From: Chlorokybus atmophyticus
Lineage: Eukaryota; Plantae; Mesostigma and Chlorokybus algae
Assembly (NCBI GenBank): GCA_009103225.1
Contig: RHPI01000777.1
Coordinates: 216,969-274,237, forward strand
DNA length: 57,269 nucleotides
Direction: 5' to 3'
How positions within the stretch are numbered: position 1 is the stretch's first letter; every line of letters starts with the position of its first letter. A program made the translations under genes and the position numbers. This document shows, one piece after another, positions 12,003-24,308 of the stretch. The notes beneath the pieces were generated by a model that had not been told where the DNA came from, did not search any database, and saw only the letters and a list, made by a program, of their open reading frames with translations.

Positions 12003-14791
12003 ATGATGTTCACCCTCAAGGTGCGGGTGGAGGACGACGGCGACGCTGCCTCTTCCACCGCTAGCACCAGCGTTTGCGGTGACACTTCACAAGGAGGCGG
12101 AGCAGGCGGGGAAGGGTTTGGAGCAGCAGCAGCAGCAGGAGCAGGCAGCATAGCGTTTTCTTGGGGCCATGGGGTGGCGGAGGCGTTCCGTGGAGTCGCT
12201 CATCTTTACAGAGAGGTTCGAGGCGCTGGTCAAGGTCAGCATGTGTGTCTTTGCAGTGAAGATCCAGCCGTTAACAGTCATCTGGTTTGAAAGTGCCTTG
12301 AAGTTGAAAACAGTTGTGTTTGGTTCTCACGTTACCATCTTCGGCATTGATTGGTTATTGTGTCAGTCTGTGTTTGTAACCCTTATTTATTCAACAGCAA
12401 AGTAAGTGCTAGCTATTGTTGTACACTGAGCCGTGCACTCAGTTGCAAAGTGTCTCAGTTAGTGGTCTTTGTCCATTTGCAATGTAGGCCAGCTCATGTC
12501 TGGGCAACGTAAGAAATCTATCTAGTGACCTGCTGGCGCGGCCGCGTTATTGAACTGAAGTAGTGGATGTGTTTGAGCAGTGCATAAGTAGTCTTGCATG
12601 CGTTGTCGGCTTTCCTGCTGCTGCTACCGTTGGTGACAATGGCATCTGCATGCACGCACGGGTCTGCACAGGTGATTACATGCGCCATGCATGTGTAGCA
12701 AAGGCCATTCCTAATGTGATTTGCTACTCTGTCAAAGATCCCGTCTCCACATGTCTTTATTGACTGCACGCGCAGCACTGTTGTGTCATGCTTGCAGTGA
12801 TTGCGTTGGTGCGTGCGTGCGTGCATATTGCAAATGCTAGCAGCTGTTTTGTTACAGACAGCGAATTGTCATATATGCATGCGACACAGACGGAGTGGCC
12901 TTGTGCTGACTTGTGTGCGTTGTTCTGTCCTTGCAGCGTGTGTTTCAGAACCAGGGGGTGCACTGCCCGTGCTGCCGGAAGGGCGCAACCCAGGCGTGTG
13001 CGTGCTCGCTGTTCCGGCGCACATGACAGGAGCAGACTTCTGTCAGTTTCTGGGCGGTCTGCTCCAGAGCGTCGCCACCATGCGGATGGTTCGGAACACA
13101 GCACAGCCGTACAGGTATGGAAGCATGCTGTTCTCATATCGCATATTCATATGTGGATGTTGCGCACATAATAGCTGTCAAAATCATGGAACAGTCTCAG
13201 CTGCCTGTGCAAAATGTGTGCAGAGGCATGTGTGTGCACTCATGCATGTGTGTGCGTGGTTTGGCGTGCGCGCATGTGGACACTGTTGCAGTGCTTCTCC
13301 GCTCATCACTGCATGGCTAGGTACATGGTGCTGATTGAGTTTTGTACACAAGACGCTGCAGACACCTTCTATTTGACGTGTAACAACCGGGCATTCTCCA
13401 CACTTGAGCCGCAAGAGGTGAGTGAGCAACACATGACATCATTTTGACAATGTGGTGTCGTTGCTGATGTGTTGTGTTCGTGGAGGCCAGGTGTGCCACA
13501 TCGTGTTCACCAAGAGCGTTGCATTCAATTGCGCAAAAGAAGCCATGACAACGCCGCCAGCCGGGCTCACGGAGCTTCCCACCTGTCCAGTTTGCCTTGA
13601 GAGGCTTGACAGTCATATCAGCGGCGTGTTGACCACAGTTTGCAACCACTCCTTTCACTGCACGTGTTTATCCAACTGGGCGGACTCGTCGTGCCCCGTG
13701 TGTCGATACTGCGCAAACGCGGACAGCTCCGCCGCGTGTGAGGAGTGTGGCTGCAACGAGAGCCTGTGGATGTGTCTCATCTGTGGCTATGTAGCGTGCA
13801 GCCGCTACCACAATGCCCATGCGGTCGACCACTGGCGCAAGACTCAGCATTGCTACTCCATGGAGCTTCACACACAGCGCGTGTGGGACTACGTTGGAGA
13901 CAACTTTGTTCACAGGTTAATTCAGTCCAAGACGGATGGCAAGCTTGTTGAACTGCATGCGCCGGACTCTCAGTCCCGCCTGAGGGATAGCTGCGGGGCC
14001 TCCTGCGCCACGGCGAGCGGGTCTGGTGAGGAGGATGAGTGCTGCATCCATGAGGCCATGTTGAACTCCAAGCTGGAGAACATGCACTACGAGTACAACC
14101 ACTTGCTGACCTCCCAGCTGGAGTCGCAGCGACAGTACTTTGAGGGTGAGGAAGAAGCCCGATTTGATGTGGGCAACAGCACTTGCTTTTTAACACAATT
14201 TGACGTTCTGCGTGGCATACAGGGTTGATGGCAGCAAGAGAAGCTGAAAGGCAGAAAGAGCTACACATTGCGGCGGAAAAGTTAGCTGCTGCAAAGTATG
14301 AGAAGCTAACCGCGCGGTTGGCCAAAACAGAACAGGAGAAGGAGTTTTTGCGCCAAGTCAATGAGTCATTGGTGAAGAATCAGAAGCAGTGGCAGGCAAA
14401 GCTGCTTGAAGCTGAAGAAAGGTCCAAGTCACTGGCTCAAGAAAATGAAGCTCGCATCCAAGATCTGGAAGAACAGGTATTGGTTCATTGGTGCATTGAT
14501 CTTAACCTGCAATATTATCGCAGGGCGCACCTCATGGACATTGCATCTTTGTGCAGTAGCGCGACCTGTGCTCTTTGTGTGGAGTGGATTGTCAGGGATT
14601 TACTGTTTGAAGCTCATTGTTGTCTGGTGTTGGACGTGCAGGTGCGAGACCTCATGGTGTACATAGAAGCAAAGCGCACGCTGGAAACCAGTGACAGCAC
14701 GGAACTCAGGGACGGCAGCGTGATATCAGTTGCAGCACCTAGCACGCCGTCAACAGGAAAAGCAACTCGTAAACTGAGTAGAAAGCGTTGA
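12003..14791 (+). CDS. BRAP2: BRAP2/BRIZ-type E3 ubiquitin ligase (BRAP2 domain, RING-H2, ZnF-UBP, coiled coil); about 6 exons
   Basis: VCVLAVPAHMTGADFCQF; YMVLIEF...F; ELPTCPVCLERLD...CNHSFHCTCLSNW...CPVCRY; LWMCLICGYVAC.RY...HA..HW..TQH.YSMEL.TQRVWDYVGDNFVHRLIQSKTDGKLVE; YNHLLTSQLESQRQYFE. Introns are canonical GT-AG. Confidence 0.95.
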
Positions 14792-15834
14792 AGGTTGCCC
14801 TGCTTTGCGTTCAGAGTCTTATGGTATGCTGCCGGGTCCACCTGCTACCTGTGTACACATCATGCAATGCTAGTGCTGGTTCAGGTTGCGGCTGCCTTCC
14901 ATTGATCAGCTAGGCGCTGATTATGTAAGCAAAGCCTCAAGGGAAAGGTCAGCGCACTACCCAGTCGAATTCTGTGAAATGCCATGTGCATGCCTCGGCC
15001 AGCCCTTGCTGCAATCATCATCATGAGCAGAACATCAAATGGCATCTAGCATAGTACTACTGCGTTAGCGCATAACGCATGTGCACCAGCCTGCAACAGT
15101 CGCGTTGCTTGTTGCCATGTTGTTGTTACTGTTGTGGTTGTTGTTGTGCAATTGCTTGCAAGGCATATATCGGTTGGGTTTCCATGCGCACAGGCTACTC
15201 AGTTGTTGCACTGGAGGCGGGCTGCATGCGCTATTCAAGGCCGTCTAGCAGGGTTGCACCAAACGAGTCACATGATGTGGCGTCTTTTGCCCGAAGCGTT
15301 CTTGTCTTGGTGGTGATTGCGTGTATGTGGTGGATGGATAGGGTAGAGTAGAGGGGCCAAAAAATCCATACAAACAGCAGCAGCAACAGCAACAACAACA
15401 ACAAATCGAGCAGTCCAAACTATCAAGCACAACTAGACCATGAATGTAAGTGATGTACAGAAAATGCAGACTACAATTTTGACCACCGCACGCACTCGCA
15501 TGCATTGCATCCCCTTGCTCGTGATTTTTTGCGATTCACGAGCAATCCATCAGAAAGAACTGCGGACACTCAAGCCAGTTTGGACGCAGTGCAGCATTGT
15601 AGACGACTTTCTATTTGGACATATAGATAAAGATGCCTGTGAATAGTGCGGTCACTCAGGTCCTTGCATGACCGCTTTGAGCCGCTTGCAAGTGGCACTG
15701 TGACTGAGACTCCACTGGCAATGTACACGACCCCTTGCAGGCATGCACGCGCATGCCTGCTCAGGGGGTCTTGTAGCCATGCCGACACTCACAGTTACCA
15801 AGTACTGAACCACCACCACCCAAAGCACAGAACG

Positions 15835-18800
15835 TCAACTTGCTGTGCAATGTGCAACAGCGTCCTTTGAGGCATGCAGCTCTACATGCTGGGCTTGTTT
15901 CAGCTTATTGATGCTAATACTACTGGTGCGCCTGGTGATACTGGCAGCCGGTGTCCACCAAAACTGCAGATGCATCGCTGAACTGCCTCCTATGGAGGCA
16001 TGGGCCTTATTATACCACCTCTCCAGCGCGTCACGATACCTGAAGTCATGTGTGTGTCATGAACACCTAACATCACCGACACAAGCGCAAGCACGCATCC
16101 CACTTGCATCTCCCACACACATGCCGAACACATGACCACACACCTGCACGGGCACGTGCACGCCTGCACATGTGCATGTGCAGGCGGGTGCTGGAATGTG
16201 AGGCGCGTGCACGCAAATGTGCGCGACGCGCTACTGTTGTACCTGACGAGGAGGTGGTATTGAGTAGACGATGATGCAAGGTTATGTAGGATCGCAAGGT
16301 CTGTCCAGGCGGGGTCCACCAAGAGGTCGCTGTTGCGCGCGTTCAGAAGTACCACACGCCCCGCATGCTTGAACCCAAACACGACCAGTGGCACCTTTGT
16401 CACCTGGACAAGAACTCTGCATCAGCTGTGCATTTTGGAGCTGCGTGTACAGGTGTGCACCATCACATCGCTCACCGTGTCTCTCGCATGCACAAGACGA
16501 AAGGTGTTGGGGACCAGACTGTTGTACTGCGCTGCCAGCGCCAGATTCCCAACTCGAGGGGCGCCAAAGGTGTAGACGAACAGCTCGCCTGCGGGATACT
16601 CAGTCACGCTTCATAAACCGTTGCACATCAAGCTAGAGACAAACAACACCGAAGACGACAAAAACCCCTGTTTGCGGGTGGTTACCTGGAAGCACGCTTG
16701 CGTGCATCCGTAAGTCATAGGCGCAGAGCATAGCTAGCGCACCACCTAGGCTGCGTGCGCAATCAGGTTGATGGCAGTGATGGCGGTGATGGTGGTGGTG
16801 TATGTGAGCAGCAATACAAACCTGTGCCCGCACACAAGCACGGGTAGCCGCTTGCTGCGCTGCTCGGTCTCCACCACATTCAATACCTGCAGCGCAGGTA
16901 TAACAACTGAATACACTGCCTTTGCGGGCTTGATGCACCCAAAAGCTCAGCCCATCACCGGACCTGCGCAGCAACGCTTTGCCAAGCACCTGTAAGCAAA
17001 GCAAACATTGTTGGCTAACGGTTATTTCCTGAGACGACATTGTTATGTAGCAATGACCAACCGCAAAAGCCTGTGTGCACTTTCTTGACCTCCTGCTTCG
17101 CCACCCGTCGTCCCCACATCTTCAGCACCTGCAAAAATGGTTGTCATCCCACGCTCACAGTGTTTGCACGCGCGCTAAAGATGTGCTAAACTATGCTGCC
17201 AGAGCTTGTCATACCCTTGCAGTGCCAGTGGCGGTGCTGCGAATGTGCACTGCGGCTTGCTCCACAGCCTCCTGCGCCGCAGTATCTTCGTGCTGCCCTT
17301 GCGAGCCCCGCAAGCTAGCATCCTGGATCGAGATAGCAACGGCGTCACTTCGCTGCGTGTTCAGCGGGCGCGCTGTCGGCAACTCGATGAGGGCGAACTT
17401 TGCATTGCTGTGCGCATTGATCAGGCTTGAAGTCCCGCGGAAGGCGATCACCAGCCTGTCACTACAGATACGCCATGAGCGGTAGCTGAATTTGTGACAA
17501 TCCGCCCACCTGGTACGCCAACAGTCTGCATGCGAGCTTACGCTGACTTGGCCACTAACACATGCGTGTCGGTTGTCTTGTCTTCAATTGCAGCGAGCAG
17601 GGTGTACTGCGCGCGCAAGGTAGAGGCCACCTCAAGCAGCTTGCGAACGACTGTTTGGCGGGAACGGTATGCCAGCCAAGCAAAGTTCAAGGCAAGAACG
17701 CTGATGGAGGACCAGTTTTGTGTTAATCTGCGCTGCGCATGCGAAACAATCCAAACAGTTGCATGTACCAGGTCTCAAGGCAGAACTCGAGGTCCTTTGA
17801 AGGCCATCTTTCGCGCAAAGAATAAGAGACCATCTGTGTACGCTCCATATCCCATGTCCAATCCCAGTTTGGATTGTACCTGTGTAATTGGCATGATCGT
17901 TCTGACCATTGCAAGCTGCAACTACAGGTTGAGCACACTTACGAGAACCATCCACACAGTGGTCTTCGGTGCGCATCGGCAGGTAGGTGAATGAATACCT
18001 GGCAGGGTACTGTGTGAAGAGACAGTACCAAGGTGACAGTTCAACCAACCAACCCTGCTTGCCTGAATGAACAACCAGGCGATGATGAGGAACACAAGCC
18101 CGAGCAAGAGGTACGGCGGTCCTGCGAAGGAGTCGAAGCGCGACGTAACTCCTGGGCGCTGGAACGTGTCCATTGGCACAACCGCCAACACTACCACTGC
18201 AACAATAATGATTGTCGCCCACAGCCCTCCGGTTGCCAACTGTTGGGATGTCAATGCACAACACAAGCTTTCAGGAGCTGAGTCATTAGCTTAGTGCAAG
18301 TATGAGCATATGTGGTTTCTTCGAATCTGGATGCAAGGCTCAACATGAGGTGCCTAACCGCAAACAGGTTATGGGAGAGAACTTTGACGCGGTTGTATGG
18401 GACGCTGCGGAGGCGTTTGCGGGTCTTGGCAAAGCTCCAAAGCAAGGCGGAGATTGCTAGCAAGTCCACTGCGAGCAAGATGAACGCCACTGCGACCTTT
18501 GCAATGTTGCCCTCTATGTCGTTGGTCAGCACCCTTATCGCAGGGATTGCATACACGATAGGGAGCCCCCCAGTGTTCACATCCACGCTCATCCCCAGCG
18601 CCACTCTGATTGCATAATATGCCAGTCCGAACAGCAGCTTGGGCAGAAGGAAGGGCAGTGCACGTGGGGGAGCAGGCAGGAGGTGCCGTTGCAGAGAGGC
18701 CTGGGCCAACCTGGTTTTGTACACGTGGGCAAGAGGCACGCATGTGCAAGTTGTGACGAGTCAAAGAGCTTGGGTTGACCCTTCTGATGTGCAGAACATC

Positions 18801-20176
18801 AACTTGGGTGGGCTAACATGAGAATGTATGCACGAGCATTGGCGGGCAAGTGGCGCATCAAGGGCAGAACAAGCAAGTGAGCGAGTGGGTGTGCAATTAT
18901 CAACAAGAACCCAAGAATTCTCCTCACCAGTAGACATAGTTAAAGGCCAGGGGCAAGGGACCAACCACCTCATTGACGCGAGCAGCGGCATTGGAGCTCG
19001 CCCGCAAGCGGTCCACTACTGTAAGTGCAACCACCAGCGCCATGACATAGCAGGCCATGTCCAGTACCAGTGACAGCACCACCACCTAAGCGCACGGGGA
19101 ACATTGTTGGCTGCATCTTAACGATTACTGTGTTGGGTTCAGTGTATACAGCACGTACACCCTGTTTGAATGTGTTTGCATATTGACGTGTGCGTGAATG
19201 CCCGTGTACATGTACATGTGCATGTGCATACACAAACAGACTGGCATGCATGCAGTTACCTGTTCAATTGTGCGGTCGCTTTTTGGCAACCGCAAAATGC
19301 GCTGGGCTGAGGCAATGAGCACAAGAAACAAAAACACCACGCTCAGCAATAGAATGACCTGCAGAAGCAGTGCATTGTAAGGATTATACCCACATGCGTA
19401 TGCATGCCTGTCCATGTGCATGTTGACTTGCCGCAGTGACCACGGCGGAATCTTGCTTGGCAGTGGAATCATGGGCCCCCACTCGCCACCCGCCATGGCT
19501 CATAATGACAGCGAAGATTTCGTAGCCCACCGCCAGCAGAGTGCACACGAACGCTACGAGGCGGATAGTGTTCACCTCAGCCTGTTGTTTTTAGGGTTGC
19601 TGTTGTGTGCTGCATGCCACGCGATACGACACACAAACGGATACTGTAGCCAGGCCAGAAGTATTGAAGACAAACACAGATGGCACGCCTGGCGTATTGA
19701 AAGACTGCATGCTTGTGTCAACCTACAGGTTCACAATGCGACTATGCACAACTGCTCCTTGGCCGCTTTTGCGTTTTGAAGGAGTGACGGACAGCGGCTA
19801 GCCACTTGTGCAGCAAGCAACTGTGTTTTACGTCAAACCATAACCCTAATTACAATGCTTTGGCTTACGTGTGACAGCACTTCTAGCAGCATCTTGGGCT
19901 TGGTAGGCGCAGACGTGCCGAGCGATTGCGGTGAGGCCACTGCGGCCTGCTCTCCTGCTGAGGTTTAACGGACAAGGTTTACACTACAAGCAGCCGGCAA
20001 ACCCAACCAGCTGACACATCCACGCAGCATGGACAATGCACTTGCTGACCCTGCTGATCGCCTTCCGCCTGGACGGCCTCCGCCTCCTCCTGCGCCTCAT
20101 GCCTGTCCTCCTTGTCAGAGTCGTCCTCCTCTTCCTGCTCCGAGTTAGCAATGGCACAGCCGATGCCACTGCTCAT
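15835..20176 (-). CDS. Multi-pass membrane protein with C-terminal class-3 (triacylglycerol/diacylglycerol) lipase domain; multi-exon
   Basis: Spliced motifs IEDKTTDTHVLVA|DRLVIAFRGTSS, KVHTGFC|GAWQSVAAQ, VLVCGHS|LGGALAMLCAYDL (intron 16751-16821 splits the Ser codon), VYTFGAPRVGN, FRLVHARDTV, FKHAGRVVLL, HLLVR|YRDAL. Hydrophobic exons lie at 18.0-19.6 kb. Start and stop are approximate. Confidence 0.85.
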
Positions 20177-20599
20177 GTGGGAATACGGCTGAGTTGGTTG
20201 ACTGGCTGAGAACTTTGGGGAAACTATGCTTCTCATGCAGGCGCACAACGCGCAAGTCGCCAACCACACCGCCTGATTGCTGACATGGCTAAAACCTGCA
20301 CGACTACTGGAGTGTATGACACGCTTGCTTACGGATGCCAACCGGCTGGTCTGATCGCGGTTGGCAACGTCACTCAAACAACAAACACCGCTGCACAATC
20401 ACACAGCGGCCTCAGACTTACACAAGCCATGCTGCCAATCAACTTCTCAACTTCTCTGCCTACAAACTCAGCGGCTTGCAGTGCTGTAAGGCCAATGCGT
20501 GCTGTACGACTAAGCACAAGTGGGTGACATACATTTCTAAATTGGCATTCCCACACACACTCCAACTTTCCGGAATTGGTTCTGGGCAAGCAAGTAACA

Positions 20600-20651
20600 A
20601 GAGTTTTAACACACACATACATTGAAAGATGTATGTGTGTGTTAAAACTCT
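20600..20651. other. Perfect 23-bp inverted repeat with 6-nt loop, followed by CTAG
   Basis: AGAGTTTTAACACACACATACAT-TGAAAG-ATGTATGTGTGTGTTAAAACTCT. Confidence 0.9.
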
Positions 20652-21604
20652 CTAGTTCCCTTGTTCAGCTACAAGCATGACATAAAACATGCCATGTGAC
20701 ATGCATTGAGATGCATTGATATGTCTATCATGTAGATATTATTACATACATGAAATAAGTTGTAATACTTTCGTATTGAGTTTAAGGATGTTAATGAACA
20801 AGTAGAATCCAAAACACATGATGTGATCGATCTCGCATGATGTTGTGACCAAGTGCAATAAATATATGTATGCTGTGTTTTGTTTTATAAACAAATACAT
20901 TATGTATTGTACAACATGATATGCAGCAACGAACGAACCACAATCTTGTACATATTATAACTTATATTCATTGCAATGCGTCATTTACCTTGACTTTTAT
21001 GAACATCAAGTTGTAGCTATTATGATACGTATGACAAGTGCAAAGTATTTTGCTTATAAGCCGCAATTGTTATCATATTATCATTATGCAATTGCATCCA
21101 TGCTTACGTAATTGCATCATTGAATGTTGATAACGTTACGGTAACATACTGATAGATGTATATCCTTTTTAACTTATAACTCATGTACATACTTATGTAA
21201 TGCACGTATGCTGTTATTACATTTTTGCAAGCTGAAGTTACTATGACATTGGCCTCTTGATTGCACTTATATTGTATTAATCGGAGTGCAGCTTAATAGC
21301 ATGTTGTTGTTACATCCAACATGCTGGACATGCTTATTCTTAAGCATCCATGTTGAAAACACGACTGCATGGGAGTTCAACTTTTTTGGTGTGTGCAATA
21401 CGTTAATTGTGCGCTCGCATAGGTTTACGTGCGCGCATCGTGGAAGTGCGTTGGAGGCACAGTCATTTTGGGCATGCAATATACGCAAGCTTTTGCAATA
21501 ATTATAATAAAAGAGTTTGATCTATATAATTATATATAACACCCACTGCTTTACTTTGCAAATACAGGTCTACAATAGGTTTATTAGTGTGATGAAACAT
21601 GATC

Positions 21605-21656
21605 GTGACCATGACCGTGACCGTGACCGTGACCGTGACCGTGACCGTGACCGTGC
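21605..21656. repeat. (GACCGT)n hexanucleotide microsatellite
   Basis: About 8 tandem GACCGT units in AT-rich intergenic DNA. Confidence 0.9.
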
Positions 21657-22351
21657 CATGCGATAGACATAATGAAATAAACTCATAAACCATATATTAT
21701 TTACTATATCACCATGAATGCATTGTTTACATCTTATCATTACATGCGTAATCGTCATCAACACACAATCTCGGAGGTCATAACAGTTATTAGCCGATAG
21801 TCCTCACTGGCAGCCCGACAAGCTAATGTTTCCATCAATGTTTCAGCGAAAGCACGCAATCGGAAACCCGAAGTGCATTTTATACATGCGAGCTACTTTT
21901 TTATATAGGTTCATGTCTTCTCGAAACTATTTGTAAATGTCCCAAGGTGGGTCACCCAACGCTCTATCTACTCAATATTGGGCCCCAAACATGAAATACA
22001 ATTTGTGTGTTATGCAAACCTGTAAACACATGCAGTCCATGCTGTGCCGACGCCCCACAAACGCCAAATGTTGACGATGTCCCTATGCATGTGCGCATGG
22101 GTTTTGCAAAACCCCAAAACGTAGTCAATCTGAACAAGTTCATTGACATTAGTTCAATGACACAACGCTACACGCTATTGTTCTGCCAATAGGCCCTATG
22201 CCGGTACATTGTCTTGTCAAAGATAACGTGCAAGGCACTCACGTGGCGGGTAGTGTAATGTCCGGCCGCGCATGCACTTGGCCCCGGCTTTGCCACTGCA
22301 TACAGTGCAAGCTTGCGGGTGGTGGCGGTGTTGTTGTTGTGTCCCAGCGGC

Positions 22352-24230
22352 ATGGCGGCTCGCAGAGCGGCGGCGCTGCTGCTGGTAGTCGCCTGCCGCT
22401 CTCTGCGGTGTGCAGGCCAAGGAGGATGGAGGCAAGGTGATGGGCTTCGCTCAGCCTCTTGACAGTGCTTAAACTAGAGTTGCTTCCGGCGCCTTTGCCA
22501 CATTTCTTCCAACGCACAGGCCCCCTAGCAACGACAAAGCTTTCCAACCACCGGTGCCGTCCAAGGCAAGCATTGGCTGCTCTCTTGCTAGTCCTCAACG
22601 CACAGTCCACTTTGGTTGGACGTCCATGGAGGTTTCAGATTTTGTGACCGTGTAGTGCATTGTGTGGTACTCAATGCAACACACACCGCTGACATGTGGA
22701 CTAAACGTCAGCTTGCACATGCTGTCATTGACACATGCTGCACAATTCGGCGCTGATCTCTTGCTGGCTGCAGGGGCTTGGCGTGGAGACTCAGTCCATT
22801 GGCGGAGTGGAGGTCGTCTTGGCTGAGCTTTGATGCCACCGTTAACGCTGGCCAGGCGGAGGCTCTGGTGGAGCAGCTGAAGGCGCTGAACGCTGTGTCG
22901 ATGTCCATTGCTGGCGACCATGTGAGCTTCCGACTGCCGCTCGACTTTGTGCAACAGCTCAGTATAGTGCCTGCACTGCGCTTCGTCACCAGGTCCGATC
23001 GCGCAACCATGGCCGGCAAAGCCCAGTCGCAGGGTGACAAAGCCATGGAAACCAACGCGCTCAAAGCCATGGTCCCCAGCCTGACCGGCGCTGGAGTCAA
23101 AGTTGGTGTGCTGTCTGACTCGTACGATGTGAGCTGCTATTGTTGCTGCTGTTGTTGTTGCTCGGGGCGTGGAGCACCAATAACACCGTTTGCGGCTGTA
23201 GGTACTAGAAGGAGCGGCCCAGGATGTTGGTAAGATGCAAAGTTTGTCTGGCACTAGTCTTTTTAATCCTTGTCAATTATACGTGCATGTGAGTGTCTCA
23301 GTTTCGTCGTCGTTTGAGTGTGCTCTTCAAGCAAAGCTAAGTGCACATTACCTGGCTCGCTAAGTCTTCTGTCATCATACGGCAAGTGGAGACCTCCCCG
23401 CTAATGTGGTTGTACGGGACGGTACCGCGGGAGCCGACGAGGGTAGAGCCATGTTACAGCTGCTAGGTTTCGCTTTTCTTCACCCGTGATGTCAGAGTGC
23501 ACATTGCAAGTGTAAACTTGCCAGGTGCATGACGTCGCCCCTAGCTCTCCGCTTTACTTCTAAACTCCATTCAACGGCCTAGCGGACTTTGCCAACGGTA
23601 TTAAGGCACTTGCTTAGAAAGGATGCAAAGTCGTAATTAACAACATTGTATACTTTACCGAGTCGTTCTGAGGACGGCACTGTTGGTACGTGCACATGCA
23701 TGGTATTACTGCAACATTGTGCGCTGCCGACACTGCTGCGTGTGGAAGGTGTCACTTGCGCCTTGTGCAGCTCAAGCGGTTGATCAAATGAAGGCAGCGG
23801 GTTCTGCATACTTCTCCCCTGCTCAGAACCAGGTGCACATTCCTACCGCAAGGTGTGCATGGGTGAGCCACTCACCCAATGGCTACATTGCTGACATTTG
23901 TTGTGTTCAGGCACGCCAAGCATGGGAGACAGGCAAGAGTTGCCTTCAAGAGTTGTGGTTGTTGCACATGTGCTTGTCGACTAACCTAACCTCACCGTTA
24001 CTTATCAATCCCATGTGCACAGTGACTTGGAGAGAAGATGCAGACGGTTTCTACTTGTTTGAACCAGGAAACGGGCTCCAGAAATTTGTTTTTACGGCAG
24101 GAAGCACAGCAATCATTGTGCTGCAAGTATGTCCCCCCCCNNNNNNNNNNNNNNNNNNNNNNNNNNNNNNNNNNNNNNNNNNNNNNNNNNNNNNNNNNNN
24201 NNNNNNNNNNNNNNNNNNNNNNNNNNNNNN

Positions 24231-24308
<78 letters not shown>

